From the NCBI GenBank assembly GCA_051745735.1, contig JBNJEJ010000003.1:13656-77655 (forward strand): a stretch of 64,000 bases of DNA, written 5' to 3'. The translations under genes and the position numbers were made by a program. This stretch comes from Pseudomonadota bacterium (GTDB lineage: Bacteria > Pseudomonadota > Gammaproteobacteria > Enterobacterales > Alteromonadaceae). Numbering within the stretch: the stretch's first letter is position 1; every line of letters begins with the position of its first letter. The notes beneath the pieces are model-generated. The model was not told where the DNA came from. It searched no databases and saw only the letters and a program-made list of their open reading frames with translations. Positions 1 to 10,063 of this stretch are shown in pieces.

Positions 1-515
1 GCTGGACCGACAAATTTGTCCGGGTTCCACCAAAATGATGGGCAGGACGTCGAACAGCAAGCACACAAAATGCACTCATAAAGACCGTCGAGCTTAGCAC
101 GATCTTCTGGCGACTGCAGCCGTTCACGAGCTGGCGGCGTTTTGTCGTCATTAATCAAGAAGGGTTTAATCTTCTCGTACTGCTTGTAAAACTGACTCAT
201 GTCGACGACCAAGTCACGAATGACCGGTAAGCCTGGCAGTGGACGAATAACAATCTTATCGGTTTTTAACGACGATAAGTGGGTTATGCAGCCCAGACCA
301 TTTTTACCATTGATGTTCATGCCGTCAGAACCACAGACACCTTCGCGGCATGACCGACGAAATGCCAGGGTTGGATCCTGCTCTTTCAACTTAATTAATG
401 CTTCCAGCACCATTAAATCCTGATTATCTTCAACCTCCAGGCTGTACTCTTTCATGTGCGGAGCGTTGTCTACATCCGGATTGTAGCGATAAATTGAAAA
501 CGTATATTTTTTCAT
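1..515 (-). CDS. sdhB: Succinate dehydrogenase iron-sulfur subunit (partial, runs off the window start; absent from the ORF track)
   Basis: Manual translation from ATG at 515 gives MKKYTFSIYRYNPDVDNAPHMKEY...SCREGVCGSDG (2Fe-2S motif); lies directly downstream of sdhA. Confidence 0.96.
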   Translation of the reverse strand, partial: MKKYTFSIYRYNPDVDNAPHMKEYSLEVEDNQDLMVLEALIKLKEQDPTLAFRRSCREGVCGSDGMNINGKNGLGCITHLSSLKTDKIVIRPLPGLPVIRDLVVDMSQFYKQYEKIKPFLINDDKTPPARERLQSPEDRAKLDGLYECILCACCSTSCPSFWWNPDKFVGP

Positions 516-528
516 AGTACCCTCCAAC

Positions 529-2295
529 TTAGTAGGTACGAGCTTTCGGAGGGAAAGCTTCACGCAACTTAGGTGCCAGATTAACTTCTCGCGTTACCAT
601 ATCTTCCTTTTCAGGACGGTAAACGGTGTGCACGAGCCATTTTTCATCGTCACGGTCAGGATAGTCTGCACGACTATGAGCACCACGGCTTTCGGTCCGG
701 AAGCTTGCTGACACAGCGGTTGAATACGCTGTTTCCATCAAGTTTTCCAGTTCCAGACACTCGACACGCTGAGTATTAAACTCTTTCGAAGTGTCGTCTA
801 ACCGAGCATTATTCAGCCGCTCGCGGATTTCACGTAACTCTTCCAGCCCAGTTTCCATTGACTTGCCTTCGCGGAATACCGAGAAGTTAAGTTGCATGCA
901 CTGTTGCAAATCTTTCTTAATTTGCGCCGGGTCTTCACCTTTCTGGGTATTTTCCCAACGGTTGTAACGACTCAAAGCAGCATCAATATCATCACTGCTG
1001 GCTTCGCGGGACTCAACGCTTGCCGCCAGGGTTTCACCCAGATGCATACCGGTCGAGCGACCAAATACCACCAAATCAAGTAACGAGTTACCACCTAAAC
1101 GGTTGGCACCGTGCACAGATACACAAGCAATTTCGCCGCAGGCGAACAACCCTTTCATATGAGAGGTTTGGCCATTATCGTCGACCGTTAATACTTGACC
1201 ATTCACATCGGTAGGTATACCACCCATCATGTAATGGCAGGTCGGAATAACCGGAATCGGTTCTTTAACTGGATCAACGTGAGCAAACGTCCGTGACAAA
1301 TCACAGACACCCGGCAACCGGCTTTCCAGCGTTTCTTTACCCAAGTGATCAAGCTTAAGCTTAAGGTGAGTTCCCCACGGACCTTCACAACCACGACCTT
1401 CACGAATTTCTGTCATCATTGCGCGTGATACTACGTCACGTGATGCCAAATCTTTCGCGTTGGGTGCATAGCGCTCCATGAAACGCTCGCCATCTTTGTT
1501 CAACAGGTAGCCACCTTCACCGCGGCAACCTTCGGTTACCAAAGAGCCGGCGCCGGCAATACCGGTTGGGTGGAACTGCCACATTTCCATGTCCTGCACC
1601 GGTACACCCGCGCGCAATGCCATGCCAACACCATCGCCGGTGTTAATGTGAGCGTTGGTTGTCGACGAATAGATACGTCCAGCGCCGCCCGTTGCTAATA
1701 CAACAGCTTTTGCCTTAACGTAGTAAACTTCGCCGGTTTCAATATCCATGGTGGTGACACCACAAACCGCACCGTCTTGATTTTTTACGATATCAAGCGC
1801 GTACCATTCAGAAAAAACCGTGGTTTTCTTTTTTACGTTCTGCTGATACAACAAGTGCAATAGCGCATGGCCGGTACGGTCCGCTGCTGCTGCGGTACGA
1901 GCTGCCTGCTCGCCACCAAAGTTTTTCGACTGGCCACCAAATGGACGCTGATACACTTTACCGTTTTCAAAACGTGAAAAAGGTAAGCCCAGGTTTTCCA
2001 TTTCAAGTATGGCTTCAGGGCCAGCTTTACACATGTATTCGATGGCATCCTGGTCGCCGATGTAATCGGAGCCTTTGACCGTGTCGAACATGTGCCATTG
2101 CCAGTTGTCTTCGTGGGCGTTACCCAAGGCAACCGTAATACCACCCTGCGCTGATACAGTGTGTGAGCGCGTTGGAAACACTTTTGACATCAACGCACAG
2201 CTGAGTCCTTCCTGGGATATTTGCAGAGCTGCTCGCATTCCGGCGCCGCCGGCGCCAATCACTACTGCATCAAATTCTAAAGTTTTAACGTTCAC
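529..2295 (-). CDS. sdhA: Succinate dehydrogenase flavoprotein subunit
   Basis: GAGGAG FAD motif, [10 protein letters not shown] covalent-FAD His motif, [13 protein letters not shown]; operon context. Confidence 0.98.
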   Translation of the reverse strand: MNVKTLEFDAVVIGAGGAGMRAALQISQEGLSCALMSKVFPTRSHTVSAQGGITVALGNAHEDNWQWHMFDTVKGSDYIGDQDAIEYMCKAGPEAILEMENLGLPFSRFENGKVYQRPFGGQSKNFGGEQAARTAAAADRTGHALLHLLYQQNVKKKTTVFSEWYALDIVKNQDGAVCGVTTMDIETGEVYYVKAKAVVLATGGAGRIYSSTTNAHINTGDGVGMALRAGVPVQDMEMWQFHPTGIAGAGSLVTEGCRGEGGYLLNKDGERFMERYAPNAKDLASRDVVSRAMMTEIREGRGCEGPWGTHLKLKLDHLGKETLESRLPGVCDLSRTFAHVDPVKEPIPVIPTCHYMMGGIPTDVNGQVLTVDDNGQTSHMKGLFACGEIACVSVHGANRLGGNSLLDLVVFGRSTGMHLGETLAASVESREASSDDIDAALSRYNRWENTQKGEDPAQIKKDLQQCMQLNFSVFREGKSMETGLEELREIRERLNNARLDDTSKEFNTQRVECLELENLMETAYSTAVSASFRTESRGAHSRADYPDRDDEKWLVHTVYRPEKEDMVTREVNLAPKLREAFPPKARTY

Positions 2296-2643
2296 TTAAA
2301 CACCCCACAGTACAAACAAGCCAGTGAGCCACACGACGATTAATCCGACGCTGAATACGAATTGAATGAAGGCTCTAACGCCTGACGCCTTAACGTAGTC
2401 CGTTAGTACCTGCCAGATACCAATCCAACCGTGAATAAGCACAGCGGTCAGTGTCAGCAAAGTGAACACTTTCATCCAAACGTTTGAGAACAATCCACTC
2501 CAGTTTTGATAGGTGACATCTGCAGTAAATGCAAAGAAACCAACCATAAACAGAGTGAATAAAAAGATAATAACGGACGATGCACGGACTAGCAGATAAT
2601 CGTGCGAACCAGTGCGTCCTAAAGTTCCAGCTGCTTTTACCAT
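2296..2643 (-). CDS. sdhD: Succinate dehydrogenase hydrophobic membrane anchor
   Basis: Three TM segments, HGWIGIWQVLTDYVK motif; start probably ATG at 2643. Confidence 0.95.
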   Translation of the reverse strand: MVKAAGTLGRTGSHDYLLVRASSVIIFLFTLFMVGFFAFTADVTYQNWSGLFSNVWMKVFTLLTLTAVLIHGWIGIWQVLTDYVKASGVRAFIQFVFSVGLIVVWLTGLFVLWGV

Positions 2644-3011
2644 AACCAAACTCCTGCAAGTACAGCCCAGATCACTGATAAAGCAATAAACACATTGGCA
2701 CTGGTGCGTCCTGAGTCAAGTTCTTCCCAGTAGCCTAAATCCATCACCCAATGACGGATGCCGATGATTAAGTGGAATCCTAACGCTGTCAAAATACCCC
2801 AGCCAATGAATTTGGCAACAAAGCCAGTCATCAGGCTTTCAACTTGAGCGAAACCTTGTGGACCGTCTAGAGAGGTCGCAAACGCCCAGGTTAAAAAGGC
2901 CAGCGCAATGAGCATAACCACACCAGAAACCCGGTGCAAAATGGATGCTTTGGCAGCGGCAGGAAGTTTAATAGTTGATAAGTCTAAATTTACAGGTCTT
3001 TCTTTTTTCAC
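2637..3011 (-). CDS. sdhC: Succinate dehydrogenase cytochrome b556 subunit
   Basis: RPVNLDL...SILHRVSG, H-x-x-x-GIRH motifs. Confidence 0.96.
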   Translation of the reverse strand: MKKERPVNLDLSTIKLPAAAKASILHRVSGVVMLIALAFLTWAFATSLDGPQGFAQVESLMTGFVAKFIGWGILTALGFHLIIGIRHWVMDLGYWEELDSGRTSANVFIALSVIWAVLAGVWLW

Positions 3012-3272
3012 GATAGCTTGCCTTTCAATAAAGCACTAAAGAAATGTAAAGAATGCCCGGCGCATCTTTAAGCTTGTATGATAACCCAAATGTCACCTCG
3101 ACGGAGCTCAGTATATCTAGCCTGCCGTGCGATTACAACGACAAAACTAGTAACGCAAAAGCGACCGAATTGGATTCATCAAGAATGTAAGACTAAAGTC
3201 TAATTAACTAAAATTGAGTAATCCTCTTATGGTTCTGACAACGTATATAATGAACAAAATGACACTCACTGT

Positions 3273-3313
3273 TTGACATAAATTGACATTTGGCACCAAT
3301 TTAGCGTTAAATT
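3273..3313 (+). promoter_or_regulatory. Probable gltA promoter region with two TTGACA hexamers 10 bp apart (3273, 3283)
   Basis: gtTTGACAtaaaTTGACAtt in the divergent sdhC/gltA spacer; the -10 element is weak; RBS AAGGAG precedes gltA. Confidence 0.35.
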
Positions 3314-3351
3314 AGCGCACTTTTCAAAAGTAGAATCAAGGAGATTTCCTT

Positions 3352-4632
3352 ATGGCTGATCGCAAAGCCACATTACAGATTGAGGGGCAATCAATCGAAT
3401 TGCCGGTTTTGTCTCCGACAGCCGGCAAAGACGTAGTCGATGTTCGCACGTTAGGAAAACATGGTTTTTTCACCTTTGATCCAGGCTTTCTGGCAACAGG
3501 CTCTTGTGAGTCGGCTATCACTTACATTGATGGTGAACAAGGCATGTTATTGCATCGTGGGTATCCCATCGGTGAACTGGCCACCCAGGCAGATTACCTG
3601 GAAGTCTGCTACATGCTGTTGCATGGCGAAGCGCCCGACGAGCAGGAATATCAGAAATTTAAAGACACCATCACTAATCACACTATGGTGCACCAGGGCC
3701 TGCATAACTTTTTTAACGGTTTCCGCCGTGACGCGCACCCAATGGCAATGCTCTGCGCGGTAACCGGCGCATTATCGTCGTTTTACCATGACGACCTGGA
3801 CATTCATGACGAAAATCAGCGTTTGCGCAGTGCCAACCGTTTGATCGCTAAAATTCCGACGATAGCGGCAATGGCGTACAAATTCAGCATGGGTCAACCC
3901 TTTGTCTATCCACGCAATGATCTGGGTTACGCCGAGAACTTCCTTAACATGATGTTCTCGGTACCGGCAGAAGATTATAAAATCAGTCCAGCCGTTGCCA
4001 AGGCCATGGATCGTATCTTTATCCTGCATGCGGATCACGAGCAAAATGCGTCCACCTCAACCGTACGTCTGGCTGGTTCATCGGGTGCTAATCCATACGC
4101 CTGTATCGCTGCCGGTGTGGCATCTTTGTGGGGGCCCGCTCACGGTGGTGCTAACGAAGCGTGCCTGCGCATGCTGGCAGAAATCGGCTCGGTCGAGAAT
4201 ATTCCTAAATTCATCGAAAAAGCCAAAGACAAAGATGACCCGTTCCGCTTAATGGGCTTTGGACACCGTGTTTATAAAAACATGGATCCACGCGCCACCG
4301 TAATGCGCGAGTCATGTCACGAAGTACTGAAAGAATTAAACCGTGACGATCCTCTTTTGGATGTGGCGATGGAACTGGAGCGCATCGCGCTGTCCGATGA
4401 TTACTTCGTTGAGAAGAAACTGTTCCCGAACGTTGATTTCTACTCAGGCATCGTGTTGAAAGCAATTGGTATTCCGACCAATATGTTTACCGTCATTTTT
4501 GCGCTATCGCGCACCGTTGGCTGGGTATCACATTGGCACGAAATGATGAGCGAGAAAAGCCAGAAGATTGGCCGTCCTCGTCAGCTGTATACCGGTTACA
4601 CAGCACGTGAATTTACCCCGATTAAAAAGTAA
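3352..4632 (+). CDS. gltA: Citrate synthase (type II)
   Basis: [36 protein letters not shown] motifs; divergent from sdhC. Confidence 0.98.
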   Translation: MADRKATLQIEGQSIELPVLSPTAGKDVVDVRTLGKHGFFTFDPGFLATGSCESAITYIDGEQGMLLHRGYPIGELATQADYLEVCYMLLHGEAPDEQEYQKFKDTITNHTMVHQGLHNFFNGFRRDAHPMAMLCAVTGALSSFYHDDLDIHDENQRLRSANRLIAKIPTIAAMAYKFSMGQPFVYPRNDLGYAENFLNMMFSVPAEDYKISPAVAKAMDRIFILHADHEQNASTSTVRLAGSSGANPYACIAAGVASLWGPAHGGANEACLRMLAEIGSVENIPKFIEKAKDKDDPFRLMGFGHRVYKNMDPRATVMRESCHEVLKELNRDDPLLDVAMELERIALSDDYFVEKKLFPNVDFYSGIVLKAIGIPTNMFTVIFALSRTVGWVSHWHEMMSEKSQKIGRPRQLYTGYTAREFTPIKK

Positions 4633-4654
4633 ATTTCGGTGTTAAACAGAACAG

Positions 4655-4683
4655 AAAAACGCCTCTTATGAGGCGTTTTTTTT
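4655..4683. terminator. Bidirectional rho-independent terminator
   Basis: aaaaacgcctc-ttat-gaggcgtttttttt between convergent genes. Confidence 0.9.
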
Positions 4684-4691
4684 GCTTATGA

Positions 4692-5579
4692 TCACCACCG
4701 ACTGACAAATCGATTGGTGATAATTGATATCAGCATACCCAGCATAAAATAGCCCAGTACATTAAGAGTTGTCTGCGCCACACCATTGGTAGCCAAGCTA
4801 AATTGGCCTTGGTTTATAAAGTGTAAAAGCGCGTGATGCCAGGCACCGGTATAATCCACAAAAGCGGTTTTTTTCATCAGCACAAAATACGCCGCGAAGG
4901 TGCTGATCATCAACAGCGCCGAAGCTAACCAGCGCGACAACGAATGGCCGAAATCTGACACCAAACCAATTAACGCCGCAAACAGTATCCGCGGCAATTT
5001 TCGATAAAACGGCAGCTGCTCGATTTCAAGCAGCAATAAAGATAAACGGTATTCGCGTGAGCAATATTCAATAAATGGCGAGAGTTCGGTTCCTGAGGTA
5101 AAAATTGTATGCTTGGCCGTACGCTTTTGCTTAAGCAAGCGCAAAAAATGGCGGGTACCTGTAGTTAACGCCGGCCGAAATTCAACCCGTAACACCTTAA
5201 CATTGCGAAAACTCGCTAAATCAAAGTCGACCATGGCAAAATTCACATCGTCTAAACGCGATTCATCCCACTGAGAATTACGTGCTGTTGCGCCTTTTAC
5301 CGTGCTGTTTCGTATCTTAGCTGCAGTAAGATTAGCATCATCGAAATCGGCATTTTCAAGTCGGCAACCATGCCAGTGCGAACCGCTTAAATTGGCCATT
5401 GAAAACTTGGTAAAACTATTGGTATTGCAGCAACAGCGATTAAAGGTTGCACCTGCCAGGTTTGCTTCTGCAAACGACGTATTGGTCAGGTCGCATTCCT
5501 CAAAAACGCAGCCACTGAAATCTTGACGGCTCACGTTTTTACCTTTCAATTCATCCCCGTAAAATGTTTTCTGAGTCAT
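4692..5579 (-). CDS. Pentapeptide-repeat protein with C-terminal membrane domain
   Basis: N-terminal (A/C/S)(D/N)(L/F)xx repeats (ANLAGATF, ANLSGSHW, ADFDDANLTAA); C-terminal hydrophobic helices. Confidence 0.8.
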   Translation of the reverse strand: MTQKTFYGDELKGKNVSRQDFSGCVFEECDLTNTSFAEANLAGATFNRCCCNTNSFTKFSMANLSGSHWHGCRLENADFDDANLTAAKIRNSTVKGATARNSQWDESRLDDVNFAMVDFDLASFRNVKVLRVEFRPALTTGTRHFLRLLKQKRTAKHTIFTSGTELSPFIEYCSREYRLSLLLLEIEQLPFYRKLPRILFAALIGLVSDFGHSLSRWLASALLMISTFAAYFVLMKKTAFVDYTGAWHHALLHFINQGQFSLATNGVAQTTLNVLGYFMLGMLISIITNRFVSRW

Positions 5580-6556
5580 TTTTTAAAGAACTCCGATAAG
5601 GTGTTATCCAGCTCGACCGGGACTCGGCGCTGGCTGCCGCCCTCAAGAATATTTTGGAAAATTTCCTGTTGCAGTCCGTACGGGTCCCAGACCGGCTCTG
5701 TCTTAGACTCATTGACTACTAGGCCCACCTCACGATTAAGCTCTATAAAACTTTGATAAGCGTCGGAGTCAGCGCGCAAACCGTCCGCGCTCAACAGCGC
5801 TCCATTCGGCTTTAACCAAGCAGCGTAATTAGCCCTAATCGGTTTTATCATGTCGAAGTTTTTATACAATAATGAGGTCATAAAGTGTTCTGTTATCAAA
5901 TCAAACTGTGCGGCTGGAAACGCGGAATACTCACTCAAATCGCCCCGTTGATAATGTATTGAAATTTGGTTAAGTGCCTGGCGCTTGTCACGAACCGCCT
6001 TGTCCAAACCCTTTACACAGCTGTATTTATCGTTACCAATTTTAAATTTGTAGCGAAAAAATGTTTTATTTTTAATCGTCTCTAAAAAGCCAGCTATTTG
6101 CTGCAAAGGAAACTCACAGCGGTCGACAAAGGTTATTGTAATGTTCACTTTCGCTGCTGATTCTTCGAGGGCTTCAAGATAAATCAGCAGTTGCCCCATG
6201 GCGTGGACATAACTAGCAACACCTGCGACCATAACTTCGATAGTAGCGCCTGGGCTTGCCGCTTTTAGCTGTTCAAGTAGCCGGTTTTTTAACCAGATAC
6301 GCTGTTCTTTAACTAAGTACCAGCTGCCTGCGGGCAAGTGCGTGGCAGAAAACCATTTTGCCAACTGTGTGGTCGCTGAACCTTTTTTCAGGAATCCATG
6401 AAAACTGTCGCCGGATGTTTCCAGCAGATCATCTTCGATAGCGGCAAACTGACAATGAACACGGCTCTGATGATAACCACAGGGTATGCTCTTGTCACCG
6501 TTATGGGTACAGATGTGAGCGCTGTCGTTTAGTTTTGTCTGAATTTTCTGGCTCAT
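5576..6556 (-). CDS. Hypothetical protein, class I SAM-dependent methyltransferase-like
   Basis: Order of VMVAG, FVD, RGDL, FDLITEHF and WLKPNG segments matches class I MTase motifs; 4-nt overlap with downstream gene. Confidence 0.55.
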   Translation of the reverse strand: MSQKIQTKLNDSAHICTHNGDKSIPCGYHQSRVHCQFAAIEDDLLETSGDSFHGFLKKGSATTQLAKWFSATHLPAGSWYLVKEQRIWLKNRLLEQLKAASPGATIEVMVAGVASYVHAMGQLLIYLEALEESAAKVNITITFVDRCEFPLQQIAGFLETIKNKTFFRYKFKIGNDKYSCVKGLDKAVRDKRQALNQISIHYQRGDLSEYSAFPAAQFDLITEHFMTSLLYKNFDMIKPIRANYAAWLKPNGALLSADGLRADSDAYQSFIELNREVGLVVNESKTEPVWDPYGLQQEIFQNILEGGSQRRVPVELDNTLSEFFKK

Positions 6557-6745
6557 AGGCTTTTTATCAGGTGTTGTAGAGAAACTCTAGCTTGATGATA
6601 CGGCATAGCAGAGCAAGCTCAAGCAATTCATGCTTAATCAATCAGTTAGACCGCAAACCAGGGTCAGAAAGTTGATTAATGGCAAATAGTGCTGTTTTTA
6701 TTTATACTAGCGCGCATCATAGCTGAATAAATAACAGAGAGGCTT

Positions 6746-8092
6746 ATGCAGCAAGTAGTCAAGGTACAAGAACCGATCATCAAACCCCGGCGCTTTAAGG
6801 TTTATCAGCATCGCCAGCTTGATAAGATCGAAGCGCTTAATAAAGTTCCCGCAGACATGCGTTTTGAAATGAAAGTTGTTGCTAATGTGCTGCCCTTTCG
6901 TGTAAATGAGTATGTTTTTAACGAACTGATCGATTGGGAAAACGTACCTAATGACCCGCTGTTTCAGCTGACTTTCCCACAAAAAGATATGCTTGAACCC
7001 AGCGCCTTTCAGCGCATGGCCGATTTAATGTCAGGCAAACATACCACTAATGAAGTCTTTGATTTAGCGACACAATTGCGCGAGGAAATGAATCCGCATC
7101 CGGCCGGGCAAATGCAAATGAACGTGCCCCATGTAGACGGCGAACCCTTGGCCGGCATGCAGCATAAATACCGCGAAACGGTGTTATTTTTTCCTGCTCA
7201 GGGCCAGTATTGTCACGCTTATTGTACCTTCTGCTTCCGCTGGGCGCAGTTTGTCGGCAAGGCAACACGCTTTAATTCTAACGATGCCGATCAACTGCAT
7301 CGCTATCTGGCACAGCACAAAGAAGTGACCGACTTATTGGTTACCGGTGGTGATCCCATGGTGATGCGTACCCACAAGTTACAACACTACCTTGAGGGTC
7401 TGCTGCAGCCGGAATTTGAACACATCAAAACCATTCGCTTAGGCACCAAGGCACTGACATTTTGGCCCTACCGTTTTCTTACGGATCCGGATGCCGATGA
7501 CTTACTGCGACTACTGGAAAGACTGGTCAGAGGCGGCAAACACGTTTCCATCATGGCCCATTTAAACCACCCCAATGAGCTGCGCACCGATGTTTGTCAA
7601 GAAGCGGTCCGTCGCCTGCGCAGCACCGGTGCCCAGATTCGCTGTCAGGCACCTTTGCTGCGCCATATCAATGACGACCCTGACGCATGGGCAAGCATGT
7701 GGACTAAACAAGTGAGCATGGGGATGATCCCCTATTACATGTTTATCGAGCGCGACACCGGCGCCAAACGGTATTTTGAAGTACCGCTGGAGCAAACTTG
7801 GCAGATTTTCCGTAAGGCTTATCAACAAGTGTCTGGAATCGCTCGCACGGTAAGAGGCCCCTCAATGAGTGCCGGGCCGGGTAAAGTCGAAATTCAGGGC
7901 GTTACTGAAATTGCCGGCGAAAAAGTATTTGTTCTGCGCTTTATTCAGGGCCGTAACCCCGACTGGGTGCAGCGCCCCTTCTTCGCTCAATACGATGCTA
8001 AGGCAACCTGGTTACATGATTTAAAGCCAGCTTTTGGCGAAGATAAGTTCTTTTTCGAAGACGAATACGCAAAAATGGCTTCCAGCGACTGA
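6746..8092 (+). CDS. KamA-family radical SAM/PLP 2,3-aminomutase-like protein
   Basis: HKYRETVL, CHAYCTFCFR (CxxxCxxC), VTGGDPM, QAPLLRHIND, PYY, GPGK (PLP lysine position). Confidence 0.88.
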   Translation: MQQVVKVQEPIIKPRRFKVYQHRQLDKIEALNKVPADMRFEMKVVANVLPFRVNEYVFNELIDWENVPNDPLFQLTFPQKDMLEPSAFQRMADLMSGKHTTNEVFDLATQLREEMNPHPAGQMQMNVPHVDGEPLAGMQHKYRETVLFFPAQGQYCHAYCTFCFRWAQFVGKATRFNSNDADQLHRYLAQHKEVTDLLVTGGDPMVMRTHKLQHYLEGLLQPEFEHIKTIRLGTKALTFWPYRFLTDPDADDLLRLLERLVRGGKHVSIMAHLNHPNELRTDVCQEAVRRLRSTGAQIRCQAPLLRHINDDPDAWASMWTKQVSMGMIPYYMFIERDTGAKRYFEVPLEQTWQIFRKAYQQVSGIARTVRGPSMSAGPGKVEIQGVTEIAGEKVFVLRFIQGRNPDWVQRPFFAQYDAKATWLHDLKPAFGEDKFFFEDEYAKMASSD

Positions 8093-8116
8093 GGTCGACA
8101 GAAGCCATTTGGCTAT

Positions 8117-8875
8117 TTAGCCCAGTAACCGGCGGGCGTGCTCGAGATCGTCCGCCGTATCAATGCCGGACTGAGGCGCTTTTATTGCTTCAGCGACATG
8201 AATACGCTCTCCGTGCCACAATACCCGCAGCTGTTCTAACGATTCGATTTGCTCCAGCGGCGACACTGGCCATTCAATATAGCGACGGACAAAGCCCGAA
8301 CGGTAGGCGTACAGCCCGATATGACGTTGATAAACATCATCATCAAACTCCGCTGTGCTGTTCTCCGTATCAAAGTTTTCGCGGTTCCAGGGGATAGCAG
8401 CGCGGCTGAAATACAACGCATAACCTGCTGAGTCACGCACCACCTTAACCACGTTTGGATTAAACATCTGCTCGACGCTTTCAATCGGTACCGATAAAGT
8501 CGCCATTGGTGCCTGCCGTTGATTGGCTAGGTTATCAGCAACCTGGCGAATAATTTCCGGTGGTATAAACGGCTCGTCACCCTGCACATTAACGACGATC
8601 TCGTCTTCCGCCAGCGCCAGCTGTTCTACGACTTCTGCCAGGCGTTCGGTTCCTGACTGATGCTGGGGCCCGGTTAGCATCGCGCGCCCGCCAAATTGAC
8701 TGACAGCGCTTTCGATACGGGGATCATCGGTAGCAACAATAACCTCGGCAGCGCCACTTTGCAGGGCGCGCTCGACAACATGTTGAATCATCGGTTTACC
8801 GGCAATATCAGCCAGTGGTTTGCCGGGTAGCCGGGACGATTGATAGCGCGCCGGAATAATGACCGTAAAACTCAT
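8117..8875 (-). CDS. kdsB: 3-deoxy-manno-octulosonate cytidylyltransferase
   Basis: [30 protein letters not shown]. Confidence 0.97.
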   Translation of the reverse strand: MSFTVIIPARYQSSRLPGKPLADIAGKPMIQHVVERALQSGAAEVIVATDDPRIESAVSQFGGRAMLTGPQHQSGTERLAEVVEQLALAEDEIVVNVQGDEPFIPPEIIRQVADNLANQRQAPMATLSVPIESVEQMFNPNVVKVVRDSAGYALYFSRAAIPWNRENFDTENSTAEFDDDVYQRHIGLYAYRSGFVRRYIEWPVSPLEQIESLEQLRVLWHGERIHVAEAIKAPQSGIDTADDLEHARRLLG

Positions 8876-9069
8876 GATGGAATTTGCTCCAAATCCGCCG
8901 ACTCAATAGTTCGTGCTTTATCAGCTATAAGTACCGGAATTCCTTCCTCGACGGGGTAAGCAAGTTGCTCCCCACGGCAGACTAATTCGTTGTTAGACTG
9001 CCAGTACACCAATTTGCCTTTACAACTTGGGCAAGCAATAATTTCTAACGTGCTGCTGTCAATACTCAT
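8872..9069 (-). CDS. ycaR: Trm112-like protein
   Basis: [11 protein letters not shown]...[11 protein letters not shown]; conserved position between lpxK and kdsB. Confidence 0.9.
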   Translation of the reverse strand: MSIDSSTLEIIACPSCKGKLVYWQSNNELVCRGEQLAYPVEEGIPVLIADKARTIESADLEQIPS

Positions 9070-9079
9070 CGGCTGTTCC

Positions 9080-10060
9080 TCATTTTATTAATTGATCCAA
9101 CCGCTTTAATAAAGCGGCAGTAAAGTGACCGGGGAGTTGCGCCTCTATGGGTTGATAGTACCAGTCGCTGGAGGCAAAATCGCGACATTTTGCAGCATCT
9201 TTTTCAGTCATCAAAACCGGCTTATCAGCCAGATGTGCAAAATCTTCCGGACTGAATAAATGATGATCAGGAAAAGCCAGAGACTCCGCCAGTTCCAGAT
9301 TCTGTTCGCGTAGACTGTGAAAAAAGCGATGCGGATTACCGATTGCCGCCACCGCATAACACGCCTCTTGAGGTACCGACACCGAACTGTCATCAGTAAC
9401 TCGCCGCCACCCCTGCAGGGTGATCTCGCATACATAGCGGGCAAACGGATGCTGAGCGTACAGTGATATCACCCAGGGTGCACCTTTCAGCCGCCAGGGC
9501 CCCTCGCGCAACGGGCCACAGGGCAACAGCCAGCCATTGCCGATACCACGCTCTGCATCAATTAAAATCAACTCAATATCACGCTGTAACGCGTAATGCT
9601 GCAGGCCGTCATCACTGATGATCAGATCAATGTCCGGGTAACTCTGCAGCAGCTTTTTAACCGCAGCCGGGCGCTTTGGAGAAATCACCATCGGGCAGTT
9701 GTTCTTGAGCCGTAACATGAGTGGCTCATCGCCAACCACATCAGCACTGTCATCAGGCTTAACCTCATGCGGATAACGGGTTGTTGAACCATAACCGCGA
9801 CTGACAATCCCCGGTTGGTAGCCCTCTTGCTGCAGAAACTCTACCAATGCCTGTGTCAGGGGCGTTTTACCGGTTCCACCGACACTGATATTACCAACAA
9901 CAATGACCGGTACCGGAGCGCGATAACGGGGTAACAGGCGCAGTACGTAAAGCGAACGACGTAAGTTAGTCACTAACCAGAATAACAACGACAGCGGTGT
10001 TAACAGGTAAAGAGCCGGATGTAAGCGCTTCTGATACCAAAGGCTTTGTAGCCACATCAT
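9080..10060 (-). CDS. lpxK: Tetraacyldisaccharide 4'-kinase
   Basis: VGNISVGGTGKTP, SRGYG, DDGLQH, MTEKDAAK. Confidence 0.97.
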   Translation of the reverse strand: MMWLQSLWYQKRLHPALYLLTPLSLLFWLVTNLRRSLYVLRLLPRYRAPVPVIVVGNISVGGTGKTPLTQALVEFLQQEGYQPGIVSRGYGSTTRYPHEVKPDDSADVVGDEPLMLRLKNNCPMVISPKRPAAVKKLLQSYPDIDLIISDDGLQHYALQRDIELILIDAERGIGNGWLLPCGPLREGPWRLKGAPWVISLYAQHPFARYVCEITLQGWRRVTDDSSVSVPQEACYAVAAIGNPHRFFHSLREQNLELAESLAFPDHHLFSPEDFAHLADKPVLMTEKDAAKCRDFASSDWYYQPIEAQLPGHFTAALLKRLDQLIK

Positions 10061-10063
10061 TTT

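Noticed and set aside
3190-3201. Palindrome AGACT-AA-AGTCT in the sdhC/gltA spacer
   Set aside because: Only 5-bp arms and no regulator can be assigned from sequence alone
6746-8092. Calling this gene epmB
   Set aside because: Too long, different N-terminus, and no efp or epmA adjacent
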